A stretch of 64,000 nucleotides of DNA from Eledone cirrhosa. Taxonomy: Eukaryota. The position numbers were made by a program, and so were the translations under genes. Below the pieces are notes generated by a model. It was not told the DNA's origin, made no database searches, and worked only from the letters and a program-made list of their open reading frames with translations. The stretch spans positions 79,608,001-79,672,000 of the forward strand of contig OZ024742.1 in assembly GCA_964016885.1 (NCBI GenBank), read 5' to 3'. Positions 40,636-54,166 of the stretch are shown in pieces (within the stretch, counting starts at the first letter, position 1; each line of letters begins with the position of its first letter).

Positions 40636-41380
40636 GTTTTTACATTTGGCACAAGGCCAGCAATTATCCCAGTGATAATATTATTTAATTTATAATAAAC
40701 AATACAATATAATCACCTCATTATCAGAGGTTTCCCGAATAAGACGAATACGTTCCTCATTCGTTCGTCGGACAAGGTAATATAAAACATAGTGAAATAT
40801 TTGGAAAGTCTCATCAAGAAATTAAAAAAATATATAAATAAAAGTAATGCAAGAGATATATTAAAAAATATAGAAAAATATACAAAAAATATAAGGAAAT
40901 ATAGTTAGGTATATATATGTGTATGTATATACACTCACAAATGTAGATATGTGTGTATGTACAAATGCATGTGTATGGTGAAAATGTGTGCGTAAGTACA
41001 TATATGAGGGCAAGTATATTTGTGTATATGTGACCACAGATATGGATATAATATGAGTTGAAAGAGAAGATGATGATATAGTTGACACGCATCTAGATAC
41101 AGGTATTAAATACACATACGAGTATGAAAGCACGCGTATAAACACACACACACGCGCGGTCACTTAGTGAAAAGAAGTGTCATTCTCGATATATGTATAA
41201 AAATGAAACAATATATGAGAATGAAAAAAATGTTTAAATGAAAGAGAAAAGAAAACAAACATAGGGACGCACGTACATGCTCGTAAATCTATAAATAACA
41301 TATATCCTTAAACATATTTATACACACAAATACGTACAGACAAAAGCGCATGTATGCGTACATACATACACACGAGGCAC

Positions 41381-41446
<66 letters not shown>

Positions 41447-42038
41447 CTCCATGTATATCTAATCACACGTACGTACGCGACTATAATACACACACACACA
41501 CATACACACCCATACATACGCATACACACATACACACATACACACATACACACACATTCACGTACATTCACCCGCTTACGCACGAACGTAAAAATAAGAA
41601 TGTAAAAAACATAGATGTAAAAACATAGATATAAAACACACATACACACACATATATATACACGCACGCACACATACAGAGGCGCTCGTATACATATACA
41701 GAACGTATACACACATAAAAACACTCAGACCTATGGATACAGAGTATAAAGCAGCCTTATGAATAAATGAGTACTAATATAAAAACTGGTGCGAAACAAC
41801 AGAATATATCTGGTGTGGAAAACGCAAGTGATATTTGAAATCAGGTAGTGAAAGAAAATGGGGGAGTAACATGTGGAATGCGAAGTTATTAGGTAAGTGA
41901 ATCGAAGAATAGGGGGGGGGGGGCTTACTGGTTGATGTGAAGTAAAAAAATAAAATTAAAAATAAAGTTAAAAATGAAAGTAAATCAGAAATAGAAGTCT
42001 GTAAAGAAAATAATTTAAGGAAAGTGACGAATAAGAGA

Positions 42039-43320
42039 TTATGGAGGATAAGTATCTGAAAGTGAATTAAGTTTATATGAGCTGGAAAGCAAGTGTGATT
42101 TCATGTGTGGGCAACTGGTGAAAATTTCCGTTTTTGTATTTAGGCAGGTTTTTGGTGATTTAAGGTTTTGTAAAATCCAATATTTTTCACTTATGCAGAG
42201 TGTGCATCTTCTTGTTCCTCTTGCATATTCTTTAGATTGGTTCAAAATTAACCAATCCAATTTATATTGGATACCTTGGTCTTTCAAATCCCATATTCTG
42301 CTAGCCAGAGCTGTTGTGAATATTTTTTCTGGATGTCGGAAAGATGCGACATGTGAGTAATAACGCGTTTTGAATTTGTCTTGTGTCATACCCACATATC
42401 GCTCACTGGTGGCTGGTTGGTTGTTGCTAATGGTTGTCACATTAGCCGCATATACAATGACTTTGGTGTTGCATTACCTTGTAATGGGCATTCACTTTTG
42501 ACTCTACAGGAGCAATTTTGATGTTCTCTAGGTGATTTCTTGTTGATGATATAAGATTTAATAGGGGGACCGCAGGAGTAGCTAATTTTGACACAGTTTC
42601 TATTGAAGATCTTATAGTATCTATGTGTTCTAGGGAAATGTTTATCTAAGAGCTCTAGGAATTTTTTGCCTACATTAGTTTTAACTGCTAGAGAGTAGGG
42701 GGGTGTGAACCAGATTATTTTTCTTTTCCTATTATTATGTTTAACAGAGTTAGTATTGTTGGGTATGTACTTAATCAGTTCGCTAAAACCGCTATTTTGG
42801 AGGGATTTATTATAGGAGGGGGATGCCTTACTGAAAATAGCTTCTGAGGTAGAGAGGGTGGAGATCCTACGATTAATATTAGGGATAAGGTTTTTAAAAA
42901 CTATAGGAGGATGGCAAGAGCCTTTATTTATGTATTTTAAGTTTTCATTAGGATTATGGTATGGTTTATAAGAAGCAGTAGGCAAATCTAGGTTTATATC
43001 TAGAAAGTTAACATTGGAAAGGTTAGTGTCAAGAGTAATTTTAAGATTAAAACTAGCAAAGGTTTTATTAAGTCTTTCCTTAATATATCTAGGTTATGGC
43101 CTATGGTGGTATGGGAAAGTATTAGACCATCGTCGCGATAAAGCCCAAAAATATGGTTAGGGAATTTTTCTTTAAGTATGTGTAGGAGGAATAGGCCGAC
43201 TAAATCACAAACATCAGCACTGTCAAAAGTGCCCATTGAGACATCGAATGGGCTCTCTGGGTTAGATATTTTTACCCAAGTGTCATTATCAGTAAAGAGT
43301 AGAGTGTTTCTAGCATGCAT
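42039..43320 (-). pseudogene. PLE RT (C-terminal part) plus GIY-YIG endonuclease, two frameshifts
   Basis: FDVSMGTFDSADVCDLVGL, GLYRDDGL, SCHPP, IIWFTPPYS, CSCRVKSECPLQGN, RYVGMTQDKFKTRY, CTLCISEK...LNTKTEIFTSCPH. Confidence 0.93.
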
Positions 43321-43396
43321 GCGTATGTATGGGTGTGTATGTGTGTGTGTGTATATTATAGTCGCGTACGCACGTGTGATTAGATATACATGGGGC

Positions 43397-43459
<63 letters not shown>

Positions 43460-44082
43460 GTGCCTCGTGTGTATGTATGTACGCATACATGCGCTTTTGT
43501 CTGTACGTATTTGTGTGTATAAATATTTTTAAGGATATATGTTATTTATAGATATATGTGTATGTATGTGCGTCCCTATGTTTGTTTTCTTTTCTCTAGT
43601 GTTAATTGATTACTTTCTCTTTCATTTAAACATTTTTTTCATTCTCATATATTGTTTCATTTTTATACATATATCGAGAATGACACTTCTTTTCACTAAG
43701 TGACCGCGCGTGTGTGTGTGTTTATACGCGTGCTTTCATACTCGTATGTGTATTTAATACCTATCTCTAGATGCGTATCCACTATATCATCATCTTCTCT
43801 TTCAACTCATATTATATCCGTATTTGTGGTCACATATATACAAATATACTTGCCCTCATATATGTACTTACGCACACATTTTCACCATACACATGCATTT
43901 GTACATACACACATATGTACATTTGTGAGTGTATATACATACATATATACATACCCAACTATATTTCCCTATATTTTTTGTATATTTTCCTATATTTTTT
44001 AATATATCTCTTGCATTACTTTTATTTATATATTTTTTGCATTTCTTGATGAGACTTTCCAAATATTTCACTATGTTTTCAC

Positions 44083-44158
44083 TAGTCCGACGAACGAATG
44101 AGGACGATTTTTTTTCGTATTCGTCTTATTCGGGAAACCTCTGGTAATGAGGTAATTA
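44083..44158 (+). ncRNA. Type I hammerhead-like fold, U4C core variant (CCGACGA), in the PLE-2 terminus
   Basis: tagt CCGACGA a-cgaatgaggacga...tcgtcttattcg-g GAAA cctc-tggtaat-gagg TA atta; sister copy at 40709-40775(-). Confidence 0.62.
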
Positions 44159-44178
44159 TATTGTATTGTTTATTATAC

Positions 44179-44223
<45 letters not shown>

Positions 44224-44849
44224 GTGTATTATTGACAACAACAATAATAATTATAAAAGTGTTGTTGATGATTACTGAAGAATTTTTTATAAAAACCCTA
44301 GAAAATGCCATTTTCATCATTCCTAACACACACGCACACACATATTTATTTCTCATGAAAGAAGTAAAGTCGAACTATATGAAATAAAGTGGCTTGCTCA
44401 AAGACACACCGCATCACCCGGTCCAAGAATCGAACTCACAACGTCCCGATTGGAAGTCTAACGCTGTAACCACTAAGCCAAAGTAGATTAAAATTGCAAA
44501 TAGATATTTTGATAGTCAGTACAGGAATATATTGTATGACAATTGGACCTCATTAGGGCCAAACATTTACTACTACTAATTTTCATTACGTTCGATTGAA
44601 ATAAAATGTTTTACTCCAATATTTTACCTATAATAATTATAATTTCTTGCTAAATATAAACCGTTTATGCATTGACACGAATAGTGAGACGGCGTATTTT
44701 ATTTATACTTCATGATTAAAGATATTTTCCAAAGCGTTATTAGACCTACTAACTTCAAAGGGCTTGCAGCCAGTTTATGTCTTCCATGAAGGCATTAGGA
44801 AATTTATCACTACATAAAACTTCTCTCTCTCTCTGTCTCCCACGCTCTC

Positions 44850-44953
<104 letters not shown>

Positions 44954-45334
44954 TGTATGTATGTATGTATGTATGTATGTGTGTGTGTGTGTGTGTGTGA
45001 ACGCGGGCACACACATACAAGCGTATAATGACGTGCGTAAGTGCAAACCAACACATATATATGTATATCTATAGACATGACAGAAACGGATGAAAGTCAA
45101 TAAATTAAATTAAACTACTATTTAAAATAATTTATGTTTATACTTAAATATAGCTTATATCAACACCATACGATCAATTCAATCCAGATTTGTGACATAA
45201 AATATTTTGATAATCCAATATACACAAACATGCACATACACATTTATATAAGTATGTATATGTATGTTTGTATGTGCGCATGTGAATTTATGTGTTTATG
45301 TATATATATATATATATATGTATATATAAGTGGT

Positions 45335-45377
45335 TACGAGCTGAGGATCCGCTAAGGTGAAACAATTGTTCTCGGTA
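45335..45377 (+). ncRNA. Minimal type I hammerhead ribozyme with canonical core
   Basis: cgag CTGAGGA tcc-gctaa-ggt GAAA caattg TT ctcg; palindromic helix III ACAAUUGU; GUU cleavage triplet. Confidence 0.88.
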
Positions 45378-46269
45378 TGGTGAACAAACTGTTGTGTAAC
45401 CACTTCTACCTAACTCGTTCCATGGACTGAGTGCTCTACCACTACAGATATTACCTTCCAGTGTTCTACCACTATATATATATATATATATATCTATGAT
45501 CGGCGGAAAATCACTGATGAGGGACTTATTTTATTACATGTTATCCATGTGAAACCAGCAGTATTCTTCTCCCCATTTTTTCACATATATATATATTATA
45601 TATATATATATAAAACATATCCTTACATTTTTATTAGTGTTACACGCATTTCTACAATTTAAACAAAGAGTACAAATTGGGTTAGTTAAATACGCCCTAA
45701 AATTCCAGTATATGGAAATACATCCATACACTAGCTATCTGCCTTACACACAAAATAAAGTTCTCTCTACACTTAATTTCATTTTATTTGTTTCATTTTG
45801 GCAGAAATGAATCCCTCCCTCAAGCGGTGTAACAATTAACGTTGATGTTAGCAAGGAATATCCAGCTGTTATGGTTTAATCTGTAGAATTTTCTTCGTTA
45901 TCTATACCGCTATCGGCAGTATCAGGATGCTGTTTTAACCAATCCTTCATTCAGGAAAGGCGATGTTTCCCATTTGATAACGTTTTGCTATCTGCTCACT
46001 GCGCTGATCTTTCAGGAAAACGTTTTCCCCATATATGCAATGAAGCCTATCTCGGCCCCCCACTCCAGCACGCTATAGATTTATTTGTTGGTATATGGTT
46101 TTTTAGTTTTTGAAGATTACAGTGTTTCCTCCTCTACTATCCAATCCATCACCGTTACCTCTTTCCCATATGCAGAGGTGAGGTGCTACTGCCTGAAATC
46201 GGGGACAATGTCTATATCTGCTTTTACCCCAGCCACTCGTACTTTGGAACGTGTCGATGATTACTTTGC

Positions 46270-46625
46270 TAGTGATAATGGGCAATATTTGCTGGTAATA
46301 GTGGAAATATTTGCTGGTGATAGTGGGTAATGTTTGTAGTAATAGTGGCAATGTTTCTGGTGATAGTGAGCAATGTTTCTGGTGATAGTGGACAATGTTT
46401 CTGGTGGTAGTGGGTAATATTTATGGTGATAGTGGGTAATGATTCTGGTGATAGTGGGCAATGTTTCTTGTGATAATGGGTAATGTTTCTGGTGATAGTA
46501 TCACAGTTTAGTGACAGTAGCAATGGTTTTGGTGAGAGTGGTCAATGTTTCTGGAGATACTCGTAATGGTCTGCCGGTGATAGAGAGTAATATTTGCTTG
46601 TGATCGTGGGCAATATCTCTGGTGT
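46270..46625. repeat. 22-bp minisatellite, ~16 diverged copies
   Basis: Consensus ggtgatagtgggcaatgtttct. Confidence 0.92.
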
Positions 46626-47162
46626 TTTTCTCGTCGTTCCTACATCTTCCTTTCTTATTCATTGTGCATTTCAGTTGCATAGGACTTTAATGTTCCATTT
46701 TCCCTCCTAGCATATCTACTTTTCTGAAGATGTCGGTAAGTCTTCTATTGATATAGTTTCTTTTTTCGTTTTTTTTTTAAAATATGTTTCTCTAGAATCA
46801 TTTGGTGTTAACATGAAATTATTTTTCTTGAAAGAAATATTCTAACTTTTCATAACGCTTTATACGGCACATTTTATTCGTGTACTTGTGATTTTCTTTT
46901 GTATGCAAGGTGTCCACTTCGGCTTCTTTGTGTCCTACTCTTTTTTTGCTGTTAGATATTTCTTGTTTTTCCAGTTTGTGCGCTCCATTTTCTTTTAAAT
47001 CTGATGTTTTCAGTTTCGTTAATACTTTTGCCCAGTTATGGTGAAGCTCCGTTTCTACTGATACACTTACTACTACTAAACCGATGGAGGTATTCAATCT
47101 GTCGATATTCAGGCTGCCTGTTACAATGAGCATAGATTCTGGTAGAGCGCCATTATATTTAC

Positions 47163-47345
47163 TGTTGGCAGTATCGGTAGAGAGTCGGACGCCATGCTTT
47201 GACGCATAGAGTTTCGGCTCTTGCCATTCTGAGTTCAAATTCAGCCGAGGTTAACTTTGCTTTTCATCCTTCCGGGGTCGATAAAATAAAGTACCAGTAA
47301 CGCACTGGGTAATTGCTGGCTTTGTGCCAAAAGTAGAAACAATTA
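47163..47345 (+). mobile_element. tRNA-derived Nin-domain SINE
   Basis: Homologous to 5270-5455. Confidence 0.88.
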
Positions 47346-47349
47346 TATT

Positions 47350-47891
47350 TACCGTATTTGCCGGCCTGTTGGACGCACTGTTCTCCCAGAAGACGTAAAA
47401 ATAACCTTCTTTGCGTCCAATAAACCTGCATTACTGAAGTGAGGCCGACGGGGTGAGGATAACCATGGTTAAAAATAAATTTAGTTTGCATTGCTGTTAG
47501 TATTACTAATACAATAATACAATACAATTTATGTCATGTTCATAAAACATTATTAAATAATTTTTAATTGATCTATGAAGAAATAAGGCCAGCAATTTTG
47601 GGGGAGGGGAAAGTCGATTAAATTGATCCCAGTGCGTGACTGGTACTTTATTATTTTATCGATCCCGCAAGGAGGAAAGGCAGAGTTAACCTCGTCGGCA
47701 TTTGAAGTCAGATAATAAAGGGCCTTAACTCTATGCTGAAAGCATGGCGTCCGACCCTCTTCCGATACTGCCAATCCACCGCCCTGATATATGAAGAAAT
47801 ATAAAAAAATTCCTTTTTTTCTTAAAATGTCCTAGTAAAACCAAGGGGCGTCATATACGAAGGAGCGTCCAATAGGCTAGCAAATACGGTA
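47350..47891. mobile_element. pogo/Tc2-like MITE with TA TSD, interrupted by a SINE
   Basis: TIRs TA-ccgtatttgccggcctgttggacgc ... gcgtccaataggctagcaaatacgg-TA. Confidence 0.8.
47586..47785 (-). mobile_element. Nin-domain SINE nested in the MITE, with a 12-bp TSD
   Basis: TSD tatgaagaaata at 47574-47585 and 47790-47801. Confidence 0.85.
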
Positions 47892-49836
47892 TTTGATCTT
47901 TCATAAAGCCGTTTTTTCTTCAGTAGTTTTGTGACGTATTTACGTTGATTCATATTTATTGATCTTATAATGATTTCTATTTTTTTATTTTTTTATTGCT
48001 TCAATTAGGTCATCTACAATTTTAATTCTAAGGGATCCGTCACGTGTTGTGTTTTTATTCTGTTTGTTGTTAGGTGTGTGGCAGAATATATTTGAACTGC
48101 CTGGCAATGTTACGTGTTTTTCTGATCATTGAATTCCTGTCTTTTCCGTTTCCATTGTACTATCTAGTCTATATAGTCTTTTCTGTTGTACTCTTTTGTA
48201 CGTTCCTTGCATAGTAGTAATTTCAATTTGTTTGCCTGTCTTGTCTTCCATTATTTTATTTGTGTCTAGGGAAAGACATGTTCTGTTGTGTTACGTTCTG
48301 TTTTCTATAACTCATTGTTTTGTATTGTTAGATGATTTTTTTTTTTTTTTTTTTTTCTGTCTATAATTTTGTTTAATTAGATTTTGTAGACTTTAGAATA
48401 AATCCTCACCTTTTTCCTAAAGTGTTTGCTGTTACATTTTCATTACACATTCGTTCTTTTTCTACATGCCACATATATGTCTATTATGACAGATGTCTGT
48501 TTTCAATATATTATTGCTATATAGAATGCATATAAACAATCAATGTAGTCATGGTTTTCCCGTCGTTCTCCTGTAATTTTGCTTCTTTTTTTTTATGTTG
48601 GCAGTAAAAGCTGGACCTGTCTGTTTAGTCTTAAAAATTTGAAAGATTATCATCAATAAATTCGATGTTACGAGTTTATTTTTGTTATCACACGAGACCT
48701 ACGGAAAAGAATTCGACAGATTTGTTTTTCTTGTTCTTAGATTTATCTCCTGAAATAGCTAATTTTCTCCTTCATTTCCTATAATATTGCGCGTCAGAAC
48801 TTACTTATAAATGAATCGTTCCAATTTCTATTGTTCGTGTTTTACACGTTTGTTTTGTTTATGTTATTTTTTAAAATTTATATCACATGTTTTTCCTATT
48901 TCTAAGAGTGTAGATTGGGAAATGTAAGAGCTATGGCTGTCATTTCTAGCATATCCTTCGGTTGTGGACCCTTTACTATTTTGATTATTGATTCTGTAGA
49001 TGTTCGTGTTTGTTTCCATTGCTTTGTCGAGTCTATTGTAATATATATTGTTATTCTGTTTGTTCTAATATGCAACTTCAAAGGTGTATTTTGATTATGG
49101 GTGTGTATTGTTGTTTCTTTTCAGCTATTGTCATTGCTTTGTAAGAGCTCATTTATTTTATATGTTGCATTATTATTTATTATTGAGATATGGAGGATTA
49201 TTTGTAGGTGTGTAGTCGGATATGTTGGAGCTTATAATTTAATGTTTATTGTTTTTGTTTTACGTTGTGTATTCACTTATGTGTGGTTCTACTGCTGTTT
49301 CTAGTATCTCGCTTAAGACTTATTCTAAACCCGTTTCATTTATTTATTAACGTATTTAAATTCAGTGATTGTCTTACGTATTCATTTATCCTTCTTGAAC
49401 TGATATCTCTAGAAGTTTATATGGTTTAATCAAAGGAAAATAAAGCATCACACATCCACATTCGTAGGGTCTTCTAGACAGATATACATAAAAAAATTAT
49501 AAGCTCTGACGTAATGCTGGAGATTGAAGCAACGTTCCAAGATATTGAGCTATACTGAGACCAGTGATCTAGCCTGAATAATTATAACACTGTAAAAACT
49601 ACTGAAGGTATGCAGGAACAAGGAGGTGATGTGTAATTGGGTGAGGGATGAAGTGTATCACCTAACAGTAGGCACGCTCCATCGGTTAGTCTTCCACATC
49701 ATTTCCGTCTAACCAGTTATATTTACAAAGATAAGGGGACTCGATTATGGTTAGGGTGTCATAATGTGAAAACAACCCCAAATGATCCATAGGTAAATGC
49801 ATTGCTTACGAGCGCATTGTGGCTCACGTGTTTTAT

Positions 49837-50060
49837 TATTACACCAGATACAACCAACTAAACAGAGAGCTCCGAACGATATGCGGGTATGTCACATCCA
49901 CAAAAAGAGGGCCACGATACTGAAAAAGTGAGCTTTTGGATCTAAAAATAACAGGATATCTTACACAATTAAATCATGTATCCTAGAACAAATTCAGACC
50001 GTAAATCAAAGGAACTAATAATTGTTCACCTTGCCTAAACGAGAAATTCGGGATAACACA
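49837..50060 (+). pseudogene. PLE GIY-YIG remnant, an inverted homolog of 53230-53457
   Basis: attacaccagatacaacc...gagagctccgaacgat...ggatatcttacacaattaaat...gaactaataattgttcaccttgcctaaacgagaaattc. Confidence 0.7.
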
Positions 50061-50390
50061 TTAATCTCGTGAGATATCATGCAAAGTAACCCCAGCCATC
50101 TTATCTATTAGCCTGACACAAGCAATCACAAGCAGACGAAGCAAACCATAAATAAAACGTTATGACTAAAGGAGGGAGTGCATATTTTGAAACATAAGGT
50201 AGCAAGCAACTGTGTCGAGCAAATATCAATCATATTTTAGCTCTGTTGATAACATGAAGCGTTCTTTCTTCATAGTCTCTACGGGAAAACATGACACTAC
50301 GTATCTGTATGTATGTATGTATGTATGTATGTATATATATATATATATTTTTTTTTTGTTTAAATAGTGGTGTGACACACTGAGTTGTGA

Positions 50391-50772
50391 TATATTAGTA
50401 AAAAGGAAAAGGAAATGGTAACAAATTTTTCCCAGTAAAAATAGTTTAATTAGGAATAAGTATAAATTAGTAATAAGTATTAGTTAGTATTCAGTTTTAG
50501 TTTTAAGTTTTTACCGGTTGCGCATTTCTTATGCTTTTCAAAATAATTTTGAGATAGAGGGCTCGTGATTTTTGGTCTAATCTGATTAGAGAAAAAATAA
50601 CGAGCACTCTATCAACAAATTATTTTTGAAAAGCACACGAAAGGCGCAACCGATAAAAACTTAAAACTAAAACTGAATACTAACTAATACTTATTACTAA
50701 TTTATACTTATTCCTAATTAAACTATTTTTCACTGGGAAAAATTTGTCACCATTTTCTTTTCCTTTTTACTA

Positions 50773-50777
<5 letters not shown>
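50391..50777. repeat. Long inverted repeat (~190-bp arms, centre ~50583) next to (TA)n
   Basis: tatattagtaaaaaggaaaag... vs ...ctttttactaatata; the outer ~130 bp are nearly identical and the inner part is more diverged. Confidence 0.9.
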
Positions 50778-50809
<32 letters not shown>

Positions 50810-50810
50810 C

Positions 50811-50858
<48 letters not shown>

Positions 50859-51205
50859 AATAATAGTTATAAGAATAAGAATTAAGTTTTACTCCTTTAC
50901 CAGGTACATTTTAACTGAATGCTATGATAATTGGATCAAGCAGAGCCAATGTGTAATTATAGTGAAGTGACGATTCGATTTTAAAAGTTTCAGACATTTA
51001 ATTGTTGACAATTGTTTTTTTCCTATAAGAATGCACATGTAACAGCAAATTATTTTATTTAACAATTTGTTGTTAGTCAAGTACAAACTGTAGGATTCAT
51101 CAGAGTTTATTAAATTGGTTAGTAACTTCACTACAATTATATGCATGTATTTATGTATGTAAGTATGTATGTATGCATGTGGTCTTGTATGTATGTATGT
51201 ATGGT

Positions 51206-52907
51206 GGTCTTATACAAGGGAAAGGGTAACAGGAATCATTGTGGGAACTACAGACGTATATCATTGCTTTCTGTCGTAGGGAAAGTTTTATGTAGGTGCT
51301 TTTGAACCGTCTGCTGACACACATTGCAGATTGTGTTCTTCCTGAAAGTCAATCTGGTTTTCGTGCTGGACGCGGCACTACCGATATGATCTCAGCTAGA
51401 CAGCTCCAGGAGAATTGCATGGAACAAGGTTTGGATCTGTATCAGGTTTTTTGTCGATCTGACAAAAGCTTTCGATACTGTTAACAGAAATGCATTATGG
51501 AAGGTTTTCCAGAAACTTGGTTGCCCTGATAAGTTCCTTACTTTAGTTAGGTCTTTCCACGACGACATGAAGGCTTGGGTTAATGTCGGAGGTGACATGT
51601 CGGAACCTATCTCAGTAAAAAATGGGATGAAACAGGACGATATTCCAGCACCGATCGTGTTTGCCATATACTTTGCAATGGTTTTCTATATTGCATTCAG
51701 AAATTGCGAACATGGTGTTTACATCCGATATCGAACCTCAGGCAGCATATTTAACATCAGGCGCTTTGCTGCCAAAACAAAAGTATTTACATCAATCATA
51801 AGAGACTTCTTGTATGCAGATGATTGCGATCTTGTAGCGCACATAGCGAGTGATATGCAGCACATTTTGAATTCATTATCTGATGCTTGCACTGCCCTAG
51901 GATTGACTCAGTCTCAAGAAAACCGTCATCATGTTCCAACCTGCCCCTGGTAAGCAGTACAATGAACCAAATATCTATGTTTATGGTAAACGACTTGGAG
52001 TGGTTGATCAGTTTGTCTACCTGGGAAGCACTGTCAATCGATACAGCATCCTTGATAGTGAAATCCCACTCAGGATTAGGAAAGCAAGTGATGTTTTCGG
52101 AAAGATAGAAAAGCGAGTCTGGAGTCGGCGAGAAATATGCAAGAAGACAAAGGTAAAGGTGTACAAGGCATGTGTGCTCTCTTCTCTTCTTTATGCCTGC
52201 GAGACCTGGGTCACATATCGACACCACCTTAGGCATTGGAGCGTTTCCATCAGATGTGTCTCAGACGGATCCATGGCGTTCAATGGAGGGACCACATTAG
52301 TGATGTCGAGATTTTGGAAAGCTCTGTGTGTGACTGTATAGAAACTCTTGCGCTTAAACAACGACTCCGTTGGAGTGGTCACCTTGCCAGGATGAAGGAT
52401 TCTAGAATACCGAAACAACTCTTTTATGGAGAGTTGGTTAAAGGAAAACGACCGCCACATAAACCAAAAAAAGAGGTATAAAGATTCCTTGAAAACCTCT
52501 TTGAAAGACGCTAACATCTCTGCTGATACATGGGAACATGTTGCTGCTGATCGTAATAAATGGAGAAAGACTGTATATGAGGGAAATATTGCCTTTGAGG
52601 CATCTCGAATCGCATACGAGAAAGTAAAGCGGGATGTGAGGAAGGGCATTGCTGTTGCACTCCCAGACGGCGAAGGTGCTGACATGTAGGGTCTGTGCGA
52701 GACTCTGCCTAAGCAAAGCTGGACTTGAAAGTCATCTTCGCAGTCATAAAGTAAGACCAGTGGTTGATTACCAGGCTGCTGTTGGAGATGCTACTCATCA
52801 TGCTTGCCAAGCATGTGGTGTAGAATGTAAATTGTTATTATTATGTATGTTTTTTTTGCTTTTTTTCTCATGCAATGGCCATACTCGATAACGAGGGGGC
52901 AGCCATC
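51206..52907 (+). mobile_element. 5'-truncated RTE (BovB-like) LINE, frameshifted, with C-terminal C2H2 zinc finger(s) and a 17-bp TSD
   Basis: YKGKGNRNHCGNYRRISLLS, LPESQSGFRAGRGT, FLYADDCDL, LLYACETW, RLRWSGHLARM, CRVCARLCLSKAGLESHLRSH. TSD atgtatgtatgtatggt at 51189-51205 and 52908-52924. Confidence 0.92.
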
Positions 52908-52935
52908 ATGTATGTATGTATGGTATGTATGTAAG

Positions 52936-52992
<57 letters not shown>

Positions 52993-53158
52993 GAATATAA
53001 AAGAGAGATAAACACAGATATATATGTATATATCTGTGTTTATTTCACATATTTATCTCACATATATGTGTTCAAATCGTAGTGACCAGATTCGGTAGGG
53101 TGGAAAAAATACTAACTATGAACAATAGAGTTTGTCAGACTCAATATAGAAGAATGAA

Positions 53159-53457
53159 TTACGATTGAACACTTATATGTATATATATATATATTTTAGT
53201 GTTCAGGTATACATTTGTGTATTTCAAATCCAGTATTATCCGGAATTTCTCGATTAGGCAAACTGAACATTTATTAGTTCTTTTGACGTATTGTATATAT
53301 TTATCTAGGATGCGCCATTTAATTGTGTAGGATATCCATTTATCTTTTAGATCCCAAAATAGCTTTGACACTGTGGTGGTTGTCTTCATTTGTGATTGAG
53401 ACAAACCCACTTATCGTTCGGAGCTCTCTGATTGGCTGGTTGTATCTGATGTAATTG
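53159..53457 (-). pseudogene. PLE GIY-YIG remnant
   Basis: LFWDLKDKWISYTIKWRIL...CSVCLIEKFRI...LNTK. Confidence 0.8.
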
Positions 53458-54134
53458 TTATGTTGCATTTATTGTAGCGGGTAGTTCTCATTTAACCTCC
53501 ACAAGTACTGCGGATTTTCGTCAGATTTGGTCTTATGTGTTATTATTTCATAGAGGGTCCTCAGGAATAGCTGATATTCACCGATAGACTACTAAATATT
53601 TGACTATGCCCATATAAGACTGGCGCATAAAAACATGCCTGGCTTAAACATGATTATGTAAGACTATAGATGAATAAATAGAGAATGATGTACATGAAAC
53701 TATATGCGATATGCTAATGTCTACGAAACAAAGGACTCGCTTCTGAGAAAAATTAGGTTAAAACCTACAAGAATTTTGCGTATGAAACATCAACTGAAGA
53801 TGCCCATTTGCATGCAGTGTAACGTAACATCTGAAGTGAGCATCTCCAGTTGTATAAATTTTAGACTATTTTATCTTAGTAAATGTTACTAATTACAGGT
53901 GAAAACCTTGTAATAGCTACTTGGCATTTTCACCGCTACTGCAAATGCTATTACGTGATTACATATTATAAAAATATTCATAGTAAACCTCTCACATACA
54001 TATCATACATACACATAACGTATATGCATTAAGATACAACCGCATGATGAATCAAGCTATGTAAGTGCCATCTATTATGTATACATACATATATACATAC
54101 ATACAAACACACACAGTCACATACACACACACAA

Positions 54135-54166
<32 letters not shown>

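Larger units (their letters stand above)
40690..44175 (-). mobile_element. PLE-2: 5'-truncated Penelope-like element flanked by ~830-bp inverted repeats
   Basis: 40690-41523 is the reverse complement of 43318-44175; RT and GIY-YIG coding sequence lies between. Confidence 0.93.

Noticed and set aside
40690-44175. Interpretation as a TIR DNA transposon carrying GIY-YIG
   Set aside because: It contains a PLE-type RT truncated at the arm junction and has no transposase; the arms are inverted pseudo-LTRs.
46261-46523. Repetitive HCPLSPET/ITRNI ORFs; also considered as a CRISPR-like array
   Set aside because: A 22-bp minisatellite with no unique spacers; the unit is not a multiple of three and the context is eukaryotic.
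50624-50655. TTGAAAA-gcacac-GAAA-ggcgca-AC as a U3-A8 hammerhead
   Set aside because: No helix I or II, and no UH cleavage site.
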